A stretch of DNA of 57,109 bases, counting the filler, from Platydemus manokwari (taxonomy: Eukaryota): NCBI GenBank assembly GCA_037951405.1. It is 4 parts of 4 records of this genome, joined end to end, with 100 filler letters (N's around TTAATTAATTAA, not from the genome) between each part and the next. Parts side by side here need not be neighbours in the genome. Positions count along the whole stretch, not along the records: positions 20,274 to 32,202 come from JBBMOY010386666.1; positions 32,303 to 45,365 come from JBBMOY011859166.1; 2 more parts are not named here. One strand, written 5' to 3'. Position 1 is the stretch's first letter; every line of letters begins with the position of its first letter. Of this stretch, positions 24,535 to 38,568 are shown one piece after another. The position numbers and the translations under genes are program-made. The notes below the pieces were generated by a model that saw nothing but the letters and a program-made list of their open reading frames with translations, was not told the origin of the DNA and made no database searches.

Positions 24535-27500
24535 TCAGAAATGCAGAGTGCTTGAATAGATATCCGTTAGATCATCCAGGATCTGAAAATTAAAACAAAA
24601 TCAATGGATAACACAAACTATTGGTCCTACTTTATCAATCTCAACACCGGCTTTCTTGGCGATTTCTGTCCTCTGGCTGTATGGAAGCGATGCATATTGA
24701 GACAGGAGATCTCCATCCGCTATATTGCCACAGGCGTTGCTCAATTCCGGCCGGGTGAATTTGTATTGGCTGAAAAAGTTAACAATCGTTATGGAATGAT
24801 GGACCAATCGATAAACGAGATAAAAATCTTTACCGTGCCGCCTTAGGGTGGAGACCGCCATAGTGATGTAAGCACTGACTCAAGTTCTTCTCTGTTAATT
24901 TCATCTGAATGAGTTGCTTATTGGAAATGGGGCTCAATCGAAATATTGCCCCGGAAGCTGATCCTACAAATAGAGAAAAGATGAATATCATTTCCAAGAA
25001 TTCTTTCTTCTTCAACTTGTCAGTATTTATTGTCAATAAATCGATTGACATAACTAAAATCAATAAACTCACCAAAATAAACTGATTGCCTGAGTATTTC
25101 CTGAGATAGGGTCACCGAACTGGTACTGTACAAAATGGGATCTCTGATGCGATCATTGATGCGAAGAGAACACGTAACCGTTATGGGCAACTTGATGTCG
25201 GCATTTCTGACGAGCTGTTTCCCGTTTCTGCTCTCTTCGATCAGAGGATTGTAGCTATAAATGATGATATTGGCGTGCATATCAGCCAACATGAAGCCCA
25301 GATTTTCATTATCGGCAAAGAAATTCGAGCACGTCACACCACGAGCTTGACTGTCTTTCGAAACGAGTGACAGAACCCGTAAATCCGATTGGAATCGCAA
25401 CAATTGAACTGATTTCAAGAAATCTCCAGTTAAAATGAGGTTTCGAACACAGTGTAACTGTTGGACATAGATTTCTGAATCGACAAAAGCTACGCCAACC
25501 AATTCATTGTCCTTCAATTCCCAGATATACATCTAATCGTAACCAATTATTGATTATATTCATCGTCAAAAAGATATAGGATTCTTGGATTACCTTCTGA
25601 CCAATTGCCGACACCAAATAACCTTTACAACTCGTCAAAGCCGTTACGGGACCTTTTTGTTCGACATCGTAAATGATTTTCATCTTATGTCTCGTGAGAA
25701 CTTGACCCGGTTCCGGCACAACGTCAATGATATCGACAATCATTATCTTTCCTCGAACAGGGATTTCCTCACCGTATGACATATTGCTGCCTACTGCCAG
25801 GAAATCCTTTGTGCCCGAATATGTCATTTGAGAGAACAACTGAACCGTGGTCATGCAAGAAACTTTATCCCAATCTTCGAAATCCACTTTAGCGTGAGGT
25901 ACAGCCTCCCACATACCATTGGATTCATTGGCGTAGAACTGGAGCGTGTAAATGGGAAGAGGTGCACGAATAATATCGACATCTCTCTCGATGGGTTCTT
26001 CTTCCTTACTATTTTCGGCGTTCAATTTGAATATTGACATCACCTCGATGTCTTCACTGGTCACTATGGCAAATGTCTAACCGAAAATCAATCATTACCG
26101 AGTTCTCAAAGATGCGACAAATATATTACTTTACTATCGATATGATATTGAACGAAATGCACGTTTTTATTCATGGGAATGCGTTTGACGGCTTTCTGAT
26201 ACTCGTAATCGTAACCATTTGGGAGATTAAGCAATTTCATTTCACCCTATAGAAATGTAAATGAATATTGAAATCAACAATATTGAAAGTGACCCTGTTG
26301 TTGAAATAAGCAAAATCGGGACCAAAGGGTTCGGGACAGGGATTGGTAGCGAAACACGATACAATGCCTTCAATGTACATTGGATAAGAGCGAATATGAC
26401 CGTCTTTGGTAAAGAAGAGCCACATCGGATAAGAACCAGAAATAAACAGACCTCTGAAACCACAGATGTTTTCGAATGGTTTCATCAGTGTATTGCGAGA
26501 TGAAAGGTTTTTCTGTAAAATAAAAAAAAACCAAATCCATTATTGTTGATCCAGTTCAAAAAATGACAGACGTGTAGTTCAGACAATTTGGGATCATCTC
26601 GTGCCTTTTTGACGGGTCTAATCAGACAGGGAATTGGGATTTTCTTCATGCGCATGTAATTGCCCAATTCATCGATATATCGACATCGACGAGGAATGGG
26701 AGGCAATAGTTCATACATGACCACCTCATTAGAGTTTCTGACCTGTTTATAATAAAATCAATATTCGAACATCTAACAGTGTGATAGCACTGAAAAATCA
26801 ATTTTAATTATTAGATCAATCATATTAGAAATTTCAACTCCAATTCTACTGAATATCTATTTCATAATTTAATCGATAATAATATCAACCAATGATAAGT
26901 CATTAAAAATATGTAACAACCAATAAAAATCATTCATTTATACAGTGGATATTAATATGAAAATCTTACAAAAATCACTGGACGGTCTTTGTTTCGACCA
27001 ATACTGCGAACAATAATCTCGAATTTTTGATCTGGTTCAATGTTTACTTGAGCGCTATAATAATGAAATCATTATCAATTGATCGATAATAATCGATAAA
27101 TATCTGATTACTTGTGATATCCGGATTGTATTTCAATCAAATCTGGTAATTTTAAACTATTTATCAACAAATTAGGACCATCGAAAAAGTTTCGAGTACG
27201 GAAATGAAGTACAAAATCTGGTAGGCTATAGATCTGAATAAATTATTATTGTTAATGGATAAAATCAAGGAGAAAAGTGCTTGAGATTATACTTCGAGAT
27301 TTCCATCATTGTACAGGACAAATGCATATGTTTTGATTTGTGCTTCATCAATTATCGAGTTTGTTCTGAAAGAATCAATTGATATTCAAAAATAATCGAT
27401 AAAAATTTGAAGAATTGAGTAAATATATAAACAAAGGAATAAATAAAATACAATGCAATACATTTCCAAACATGATTATTAAATAGCCAATCAAAAATTA

Positions 27501-30500
27501 AATCGATGAATCAGCTTATTTCATATCAGCACACATCAGTATTTGCAAAATATTGTTTTAAATGCAATACATTTCCAAATTTTTCCAATCAACTGATATC
27601 ATGATGATGACATTTTTATTTGAGAAAAAAATCCAAACTGCAGAAATTATTGTAAATATATTGGATTTATGTCGATTAAAGGTTAATAATAATTCTGATC
27701 AAAACTAAACCTTTACATTTTTTAACACTCACTATCGACCGAACTATATATTTGGGCCACGTATGTTTATCCTATGGAACCAATGATGCTTGAAGGGATA
27801 CATTTGACAGATTATTTCATGGTGATTTCATTGTTATTTAATAAATTATATTGATTGATATTTTAAACAAATGATAATTCGTGTTGTGTAAATTATAATG
27901 AGCTCATCTATATCTGTATTGAACATGTAATATTGATATATTATAAGTCGATGATTAAAAAATCAATCGATCAATAATTTAAAATCAATAAAATCTTTTT
28001 AAAATTCGATAATGAATAAATAATAAATCAATAATTTAAGATCAATAAAAATAATTTAAAAATCGATAATTATAAATAATCAATAATTTAAAATCAATAA
28101 AAATAATTTTAAAAATCGATAATTATAAATAATCAATAATTTAAAAATCAATAAAAACACCATTTCAAAAATTGATAATAATAAATCAATAATTTTAATA
28201 TAAAAACCATTCAGTTCATTAAAACAAATATCTCATGTACCTGTAAAAGAAATCCTCATCTTGTTCATTATCATTCGATTGGACATTGGTCTTTAAATTG
28301 GCATCATTATCACTCTTATCACCATAGAGATACAATTCTATTTCATCGGGATCATCACTTCTATCAAATATTATCATCATTGATATTTATCGATTTTGTC
28401 ACCAAAAAAAAACCCTAACATTTCCGGAAAATCCATTGACATCGTTTCGATCGGTTGATGTGAAATCTTTTCCACGGGTTTCGAACAGCCGTAAAGTGCA
28501 AAATCGATATCATTCATTAAATCCGAATACGGTTTGGAAGTATCATCATTGGACGGAATCGATATGTCATCCTCTTCATCATCGTAATTCAAACAACGAT
28601 AAATGAAACCGGTTTGATCATGATAGAGACAGAACGATACAATCGGTGAGCTTATTGGTAGATTTGGTTTCATTATAGACATGTATTGATTGGAATCTTC
28701 TTGTGATTGCATCATTTGTTGGTCTGAATTACCATTTTGAGTCAATACTTCAATGAGAAAGATTTCGAAATCAGTTCTCAGAAGGATATAATTCCCCGCT
28801 GAACTCGATTGAACAACTGGCCAATCAGATTCCAGCCTCAAATGTTCGAGTAATTGTGATCCATTCAATAATCTCACTGAATTCGACAACACCTGACAAT
28901 ATCAACATATTATTGGCTAATCCTAACTAATCATTCGCTGTTAACCTGATATGTCATTGGATAAGTTTCATTTGTATCTTTATTATACAACAATCCAATA
29001 TTACCGGCTGATACCGTAGCTTCGTCGGTCTTGAAGCCAGATATTTCCAATTCAACAATTTCCTTGTCAGATTCAAGAATCTGGAGATTATTTCACATAA
29101 TAATAAACAATTAATCAATAAGTTTTTTTCCTAACCATAGTAGAATTTTGTTTCGACAAAATCAAATAATTCCTTTTTGAAAATGTTCCAGGCAGTTCTA
29201 GGATTATAAAAATATAAAACCTTGTTACATGTCTAAGATAAATTTTACAGAGAAATTCGTTACAAGCAAGGCCAAATTTTAACATATATTGAAAATATTT
29301 GTTCACAAATATACTATTTATTATTGTGAGTAGAATAAATAATGAGTAATATTATAAAAATATCAAAAAAATCCTAGATTATATTTAGCGAGTATGAAAA
29401 CAATTAAATTTCTGATCACTGTGAAATAATAATGATTGATTGTTTTAACATATGATAATGATTAGATTAAATGCTACAATTAAGCGATCATTATTACCAT
29501 TTGTTGGGGAGCCCGATGATTCGCCTGTATCCATTTGTTCGGCTCGCTCATCATTCGGTATCGAATCATCCAAGATATTCTCCGATTCGGAGGGCTGTTT
29601 CTGATTGTTAGTCTCTGTTAACAATGAACCGCCTTCAACCCACCACATATCGCGAAAATCCGATGACAATTCGAATACACTGTGCAATCTGGGCTTCACG
29701 GTAAAATTTATCAACGATACGGCACCGAATTCTCCTCTACCCGTCGTTGCAACCATTTCAACGAAACTCATTTCATTGGCCAACCTCATATGATGACTGT
29801 CATTTAAATCATTATTCGAATATCCGAAATTTTCCGATACCGTCAATGTTCCAATGGGACCGAGATTTTTAATAGTATCAACGACCTGTAACGCATTTAA
29901 TATATATAATGAATCATTGTCAATCATTTATTAAGTAGTACTTTAAATGCAAATCTTTTGATGTTGCTTGGTTTGCCGTCAACCAATGTTTTACCGTCTG
30001 TTTCTTCGTCGTTCATTTTGATTGGTCGATGTGTATCTACGAAATAATCCTGGAAAATAATGTACAATTATCATGATGTGCATTGTTTGTTGGAGTAATT
30101 GTTGAATGAGACGATAATAAATATTTAAATTATAAACTACTGATAAATAATAAGTAGATTATATAAAGGTATATTTTTATTTATAATTATAACTCAAGAT
30201 TTATTTATAATAAAATAATTTTATTAATAATACAATAATTTATTTATAATTCAATTAATTTATATAACAAATACCAACCGGAATATTCGATGTGATATAT
30301 ACTTCTCCATTAGTTTCACTGGACTCGTAACGCAACAAAACGGAATCACAAATCTGAGAACCAATGAAAATATAATTTGACAAGCACGATATCACAGTTC
30401 TGGGAATAACGGTTTTGTATATCTTCTCAATATGTGCTCCAATCACCGTTCTCATGGCAGGTTCCAGCAAGAACGAAACCACGAACACATCCCCAGTTCC

Positions 30501-31873
30501 ATTAACGATCAATAATTGTTCACTGTTAATAAAACGACATTCACAACTGTCCAGTGCAAGAGGATGCAACACGGATGTTTGTCCTGGAAACGACATTATT
30601 GTCACAAACAAATTTCAATAACAATACAGACTCAAAGGGAAATTGGTGAGAATTTTTGCGTACCCATTCAAAGCTATTCCACATGACGGTTGGCTTTGAT
30701 TGAGATATATGAGGATGTTTGTCGATAGAATGACGATACCCCCAATAGGTCTGGGAACTGGTACAACTTTGAAGCAATCATACGGCAAGTTTTCCATGTG
30801 CCAAATTATTGGATTCGTACGTTTTTGTAGATTTAACGACAACGTAATCATACAACAAGTATCTTTTCTCGTTAATGCTTGGCTGAAGAAAAGATAAACC
30901 GAATTAAAAAAAAGTATTTCGCTTATTCATACCCGACAAAAGTACCAATTGGTTCATAAAGAATTAATAAAGTCGGCTCATAGTAACCGTGGAGAAATTG
31001 CATATCCAAAATATAATTCACTCTGACACCATTCAAACTATTTAAAAAGGTGACATAACTTTGTAAATTCGTTGGCTGTCTGTAAATAGACAATAACCCA
31101 ACACCGGAAAACAATTCATGTTGAGTTATTGAAGTTAATGGAATAGTTATTGGGATTATTTTGGAAGATTTCACTTTCGTATCATTTGTTGTTAATGAAG
31201 TTGATATTATGTCTGGAGATCTTCGAAAAGGTATAACGCCAAGATATTTATCATAAACCAAAACAACAGCACATCTTTGTTCTGGATCAACCCGTAACAT
31301 TGGAGATTTAAAAAATTCGCTTCTGTTTTGCTAAAGATAAAAATTTTAAGTTGATTTGTCTTTAAAAATTCCTATTATTTTCGGATAATGAAACATCAGT
31401 GTAAAAATATCAATACAAGTGGAAAACCAAAATTATTTAATTAATAAAAATGGTAATACCTTAAGTTCTTCAATTTCAAAGTCATGCAATAAAATAGTTT
31501 TAACTTCATGAGAAATAGGATCATATTGCAACACAGATACTTTGGCATCTTCAAAACTAACTATTAACGAATCTAAGGTGTCACCATACATTCGCACTGT
31601 AGAAGCATCAATAACTTCTTCATTAAAATTAAAATTTAAAACATGATCAAATTTTAAATCATCTGATGAATCGATTCTAAATACAATGTAACTAAGAGAA
31701 AGTTTTTATATTACTTACTCTGAGAGCAAATTATAAACTTCTAAATGGGTACTACCAATAAGAACTATAGATTTAAATTGTGGGTGAATAAAATTGCAAA
31801 ACAATGAATGATCTACGCATTTGGGTTCCAAAACCTGTCGATAAATAGAAGAAAATTGTACAGGTTTAATCAT
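24535..31873 (-). CDS. CPSF1: cleavage and polyadenylation specificity factor subunit 1 (CPSF160), about 22 exons
   Basis: ATG at 31873: MIKPVQFSSIYRQVLEPKCVDHSLFCNF. Then DSLIVSFEDAKVSVLQYDP, LRVDPEQRCAVVLVY, ILDMQFLHGYYEPTLLILYEP, PIIWHMENLPYDCFKVVPVPRPIGG, VVDTIKNLGP, GLFISGSYPMW, YGEEIPVRGKIMIVDIIDVVPEPGQVLTRHKMK...EQKGPVTAL, GGLHPKAAR...NIADGDLL and the C-terminus ILDDLTDIYSSTLHF* (TGA 24537-24535). All are collinear with animal CPSF1. The introns I examined are GT-AG. Confidence 0.97.
27965..28200. repeat. AT-rich minisatellite of about 52 bp, about 4.5 copies, in a CPSF1 intron
   Basis: The unit AATCAATAATTTAA(G/A)ATCAATAAAAATAATTTAAAAATCGATAATTATAAAT is repeated with small indels. 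Confidence 0.8.
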
Positions 31874-32202
31874 AATATTTTATATTTTCAAATTTTTTTT
31901 GTCATATATGATTATTTAAACAAATTCTCTTGATTTTTGTTAGTTATTTCGGAATTAAAAATATTTAATAATTCAAAAAATATATAAAGAAAACTACGAA
32001 TTGCTACATTTCATTATTAAAATGGAATAAAACTAAAATAAAATTCGAAAATAGTTTCATTTCGAATATATAGAATGTATTCACAAAAATTAATTGATCT
32101 GCAGCTAATTGAAACAGAATTAAACATAAGAAGTATTCTTACAACAAGTTATTAAATACAATAAATTTAAAAATTATTGGACCCTAGTGAACATTTTTGG
32201 TC

Positions 32203-32302
32203 NNNNNNNNNNNNNNNNNNNNNNNNNNNNNNNNNNNNNNNNNNNNTTAATTAATTAANNNNNNNNNNNNNNNNNNNNNNNNNNNNNNNNNNNNNNNNNN
32301 NN
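32203..32302. other. artificial assembly spacer (44 N + TTAATTAATTAA + 44 N)
   Basis: Linker at 32247-32258, between the BTAF1 3' end and the CPSF1 5' end. Confidence 0.97.
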
Positions 32303-32616
32303 AATCAATAAAGATAAAGAAATCAATAATGAATTTAAAAAGATTAAAAATATGTACAGCGATAACCGTATAGTACCGCCATAATATATTTATGTTCTCA
32401 ATTGGATGTCATAGATAATATATAAGCTTATCTGTGATAACTTGCGTAGGTATAAATTTACTACTACCAAAAAATCAGAAATATTATATGACAAATCATC
32501 AAAATCCTTGAAATCAAAAATGATAATAATACAGAAAACGTAATTCAAAATATTTAATTAAAAAATAATACGAACACTCATTTACAAAAAATCAAAACGA
32601 AAATTAAAAAATAATT

Positions 32617-35600
32617 TTATAATTTCTTTACAAAGCTTTCCAGGTTGTATTCTTCACTGTACTCGTCTAATGAATCGTACACCCCTTCTAATCTGGTGAG
32701 CACCGGTTTGAGGCCTGATTTGGAAGAATTGTTATTATTATTATTATTCGATCCAGATTGGTCCTGCCAGGCCTCTTTGTTCATAATATCAAGCAAATTA
32801 TCGGTATTCATTGAGGCCACTTGTTTATTGTCTGAACTAACAACGTTATTAGCTATGAATAATTTGAATTTCTGCAAATTCATAATTTTCTCTTCAATGG
32901 AATCGGCTGTTATCAATCGATAAACATTGACTGTATGTTTCTGACCAATACGGTGAGCACGATCCATTGCTTGAAGATCTCTCATAGGGTTCCAATCGTG
33001 TTCAACAAATATTACAATATCAGCTGAAGTTAAATTAAGCCCAAGTCCACCAATGCTGGTAGTTAATAAAAGAATATCGATTGATACATCTTGATTAAAT
33101 CTGAAATAGGGAAAATTTCAAATCAAATCAAATCATTCATCAATATTATCTTACTTGTCAACTATGTTTTGTCTCTCTTTTATAGAAACTGAGCCATCCA
33201 AACGTAGATAAGATGCCTTTGGAATCTCAGAGCTGCAGTAATAAATGATTAATCATTGATTAGAAGAGTATTTGAATAAACTTGATCACTTACCTAAGCA
33301 TCTGTTCAACTAATGATATCATGGATCTTGTTTGACAGAACACTAACAATCTATGACTGGATACAACACCTGATGAGCATATTAAATCACATTGATCAGA
33401 GCCTGGATTTGTCGAATCATCGGTACCTACTCCACAATCGAGAATGAGTTGTCTATGAGATTATCAATAAAGCTCGCGAATTTTAAATAGTAAACAATTA
33501 CTTTAATGCCACCAATTTCCCAGATAGAGCAATATCATCAAAAGTCTGATTGTTTAGAGCAAGTTCTTTCTTAATTGATTGGTATAGAGGATGGCTATCA
33601 CACAATGCTAATTTCGGATGATTACATACAAGGCGCAAATAGTGCAAAGCCTGGAATACATGCTTACGATGATCCACGCTAGTTGCGTCGATATTGAGTA
33701 CATCATCGATGCCAATCTCTTCAGTATTAACAGATTTCTGAGATGCTACACAATAAGAGTACAATCGTGTTTGAATTGGTGTCATGGTACAAATGTAATC
33801 TTGGATAATTTTAGGAGGTAGCTCGTGCAATACATCTTCTTTGATACGACGCAACATAAATGGTAAAACTTGGCGATGCAGTTTATCTAGTGCAATTGTT
33901 CCTGCCTCACTGTCAACTTTTTTACCACTACTAGAAGTGGTTTGATCTAATAATCGCCCATACTTTTTCTGGAAATCCATATGAGTTCCCAACAGGCCTG
34001 GCATTAAGAAATCAAAGAGTGACCATAACTCACCTACTCTATTCTGAATAGGAGTACCAGTGAGTACAAGTCTGTGTTTAGCAAAAACTGATTTAGTTGC
34101 TATTGCAATTTTGCTTTTGTGATTACGGATTAAATGACCTTCGTCTAATACTATATAATTCCATACATTTGAATTTTTATCTTCGTGACTAGGAGGACGT
34201 GAAAGACGATCAATATCATTTCGAAGGATGTCATATGATGTAATGACAACCTGGTATTTATGAAGTAATGGATAAAGCGACAGACGGGCATCAACAGATC
34301 CTGTATACACAACGCTCTTAAATTCAGTCATTGAGACGTGCTTAACTATTTCTTGGTGCCAATGACTAGTTAATGTTGGTGGACATACAACTAACGTAGG
34401 AGGGCATGTGTCTGGTGCACGACTATATTCACCAACAATAATACATATCGTCTGTAAAGTCTTTCCCAGGCCCATATCATCGGCAAGTACTCCATGAAGA
34501 CCATATCGATTAAGAAATGATAACCAATTTAGTCCTTGTTCTTGATAGTGCCTTAATGAAGCTGATACAATGTGTTCGTGTGCATTATAAGCAGGTATTA
34601 ATTCTGGATTCAACAAACCTTCTATGAATTGAAGATTAATCTTACGTTCTTCTTGTCTGGATGCGTTGAGAATAGAAATATCAGCACTTGTCTGTTCGAG
34701 AGGTAATAATGAAAGAAGTAAGAAGAAAATATGAGTAGCCACACGTCTCACAGGATCTAATGGAGCACTAAGACAACGAAGTATTACTGGTAATATAGTA
34801 GCTACCAAAGCTAATCGATACTGTAATAATCCTTGATGGATTACAAGGTAGACAAATTCTATGGCACCGAGACACATGCTATCGTTACTTAATGAATCGA
34901 GTGATATCAGAGATTTTCCTAACAACAAAGAATCAATCAATTCCTTGCAGAGATCCATATTATCATCGAGACTGTGAGGCATGACGAGAACAGCAAGAAC
35001 CCTAGCACTCCAATGACGAATCACTGCATCTTGATGACATAAACCGTGATCGAAAATACACTGAGCATATTGAATTAATGAAACACCTAAATTGTGATGG
35101 CCCTTTTTAAGATATGGAAGACATGTTACCATAGCTCTGAGAGATGATAATACTGAATTATGACTCTTTGGATCGTGAAGATTTGATGACAAGATTTCCA
35201 TAGGTTGATGGTAAATAATTTGTAATAATAGTGAAATATCTTGGTTACAATCTCCTCCAATTATCAGACGGCTACATATTTTCTCTAGAGCTAATCTGGA
35301 ACCCCGTAATTTAATAGAAGCGCTAGCAGTCATTTCAGTTGCTATAATTTCCTCTTGGGTTGGAAATACTTCCCTTCCAAGTTGTGTGGTTTTGCACAAT
35401 GCTAAAATATCATGATTGCTCAATGAATTAGTTGGGCTTAATGAATCAATAGAATCGGATAAATACTGGATAAGATTCCTCACTAGTTTCCCGATAGGTC
35501 CAGCAAGGCGAGGAATAAAAATGTAGTCTACCACCAGTTGAGATAAAGCCATTGCAGCTTCGCTTTGAGCACTGAATCGAAATTCACAGCGCACAGCATC

Positions 35601-38568
35601 CATTAGAGGTTTAATAAGAGGAGTTAGCATATCGGGTAGCCAGCCCCATTCCAAAAGTGCTCTTCCAAGAGATATTTCAACAAGCCTGGTGAGACTGGTG
35701 TGTTGTTGTGAGCAGATATCTACAGATGTTTTAGCACATGAGAAAGTTGTATCAGCAGTTCCATTAAGACTGTCAAACAAATCGGATGTAACAAGAGACT
35801 GACATTGAGATAAATTTAGTGCACCGCTAACAGGTCGATTGATCGGTATAGTGATATTATTCTCGTTGTAACAGACAATCAGATCTTTGCAAGCTTTGAT
35901 CATTTGACGAAACATGGGGAGCAATTCTTGATAATAAATTGGTTCTTCAATCGCTGTGAGAAGTTGTTGTCGCAACGGTGCCAACATTTGAGCTTCTTGT
36001 GTCACCCATTCCAGTTGAGGACGCCAATAAGCAAGAATAGTAGCAACAACAAAACGCTGAATGGCTAATCTCTCTTTCAAATGAATTTTAGCGATTATAG
36101 TGATAAGAATATGTTCCGCTAATGGTGTAATATTTGACAGCTTATTACACAACCGCGCCAATAAGCGACACCCAGTCATTCTTGCTTTCAACACAATCTC
36201 TTCTCGAACCAAAGAATCTCCTTCTGAAAGAAATGAATCGCGGCCTCCAATGAAAAACTCTTTAGGAAATTGATGTTTGCAATCATCATTAACGAATTCA
36301 TTCTCTGGCATCAAAATTACACCAGGACCATAGCTCAATCTGGCTGGTTGCATAGCACAACACATCCATACATCCAATCTCTCCAAGCAGCTTTGAACCA
36401 AAGCCTCGCATTCAGATTTGTCAATAATCCAATACCACAACATTTCAGCTTCAGATATCACTTGATTGTTTTCATCGATGAGAACTCGTTGGAATAATTG
36501 AGCCATAATCTTGATTAAAAAATTGATAACCAAGTACACTATTTTTGCCAAATACCCACTTGAGATAAAGTTAGAAAGGAGATTTGTTTGAGTTGGATTT
36601 CGTAGAATTTCAGAAGTGCTTTACAAGTGCGTATAGCTGCCAATCTAACAACATCACTATAGCTGTAATAGCACCAATGCAATCGATTTATTGATGCTGC
36701 CACTTGTTTGTCGATAAATTGTCCATTATCATCGTGGTATGTTGAGTGCTCGTATAATTTTTCTAATAGCTGCAGAACTGCAATAGTGGCACCAGGTGAT
36801 GTGTAATCCGGTCTCAATGCTAGTAGATTTAATAGATCAAATTTCAGAGTATCCAATTGGGTCGTCTGTAGCGCGATTGAATCGGGCTTGGCAAATATGG
36901 GCATAAGAGCAGCTGCGGCTGCACATCGAACATCGTCATCACAATTTTCTTTTAAATGATTACTGATAGGATCGTATAGTATTGGAAGAAGTTTATCCGC
37001 CATATCCTATTGAAAATCAAACCCAATCAAATAGAAAAACAAAAATTGATTTACCAGGCGAGCTGCAATGAGATACTTGAGACCCAAAAGAGATCCGTGA
37101 TTCACTGTCCATTCACTGTAATTGAGCAAGCTCAACAGATTTTGAGTCAATGCCATCACAAGTGATTCGGATAAATGTACACTCATGACACCGAGAGCTT
37201 GTGCGCAACTTTCTCTGACCGGAGCCACCATCTATTACGAACGGGATGATTTAAAATGGAGTAGAAAAAATACTGAATTTTTATGGGACACAGAAAAAAG
37301 CAGACACACAAAAACAAACACACAAACATCACTGAGGCTACAACAATCAAAATTTAAAATCGTGCCAATCAAACAAGTGAAATAAAAAATTGAAATCCTA
37401 CTTCATCAGAAACGAAATCAGATAGTTGATCCAAAGCTAATGTGCATAGCAAGCGCCCCACTACTTCTTCTTGGTATTTCATGTGTAAATTTGCAAACTA
37501 GAATGAAATATTTATATTATGTAAATGATTTCCATTATATGTACCTCAGATCTGGACAAATTATTTCCATTTTTACAAATCATTACTGACCCTTGAGAAC
37601 GAATCAATTCACGCAATGATGTTGCAGCTCCATGACGTATTTCCCATTTGGCATTCCATAAATTTGTAAGCAACACATTGCAAAAATCAGCCCATGGCCA
37701 ATCAGTATTTTCATTTTGTGAATTTTCTTCTTTAACTAAGCATTTCACCTTAATTTCTGGTTCAAAAGCATCAGGACTTCTATTTTATCACTTTGTTTAA
37801 TAAAAATGTCAATATTAAAAATCATACTCGCTGTGTGCTCGTTTACTGCGTGTCTTATTTGTACTCATTAGAGACAATTTTACAGCATTTTCTACGCTTA
37901 TCTGAACCCCGATTAATTTCTTACAGTAAACAAAATAAATACTTTATTGTCGTCTTTAGATTTATGAAACTCAAGATCCTCGTTGTTTAAAATACTCTTA
38001 ATCTCGCATTCTTCTGGTATAATAAATCCCAAATGTCGACTTATTTCTTCTTTGCAATCTATCAAAAATATGTTGCTAGATTTTAATTAAAATATTGATT
38101 TACTCGATGTATCGGTATTAGCTTCATCTAAATCTTTCATATCAGTACTGTATAATCTCGTGCCAATTTTTAAAATTTCCAATAAGTTCAACTTTTCTAA
38201 GCTTATCATTTCTGGAAATTTTTCTGATTTCCTATCACATATATTTGAAACGTTCGGAATCCATAATTTGGAATTTAGACCAATGTGCTTTAAAGCGTCA
38301 GCGGCGGCAATTCTTACAGACCACGTTTTATGTTTAACATATGGGAGTAACTAAAACGATTTTAAATAAAATATCAGAACTTAATCTTCACTTTATTCAA
38401 TAAAGAAGGAATTTGAACTTGGCTATTTGTTGAAAGTTTACCAATTTGTATAGCAGCTGCGGATCGAATACTTTGATTATTACTTTCAAGCAAATCAAAT
38501 AATTTATCAAGTCTGATTTAACAAACTAAAAAAGCATTGAAAATTTAATAATCTAACCTGCTAGCCAT
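32617..38568 (-). CDS. BTAF1: TATA-binding protein-associated factor 172 (SNF2-family ATPase MOT1/BTAF1), about 13 exons
   Basis: ATG at 38568: MASR|LDKLFDLLE...[10 protein letters not shown]; [11 protein letters not shown]; [14 protein letters not shown]; DFVSDE|[14 protein letters not shown]; [14 protein letters not shown]; [12 protein letters not shown]; SNF2 motifs [52 protein letters not shown]; helicase C-terminal [43 protein letters not shown]; C-terminus [12 protein letters not shown] (stop 32619-32617). The largest exon is 33502-36509. Confidence 0.97.

Noticed and set aside
24601-25532. Overlapping ORFs in different frames within CPSF1 (and BTAF1 at 36539-36551) suggesting programmed frameshifting
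   Set aside because: Each frame change I examined is explained by a short canonical GT-AG intron.
24604-26503. Several + strand ORFs antisense to CPSF1 exons (also 32645-32923, 33618-33821 and 36270-36497 against BTAF1)
   Set aside because: These are shadow ORFs of GC-richer coding exons with no recognisable motifs.
27965-28200. Repeat array as a possible CRISPR
   Set aside because: Head-to-tail AT-rich units with no unique spacers, located in a eukaryotic intron with no cas genes.
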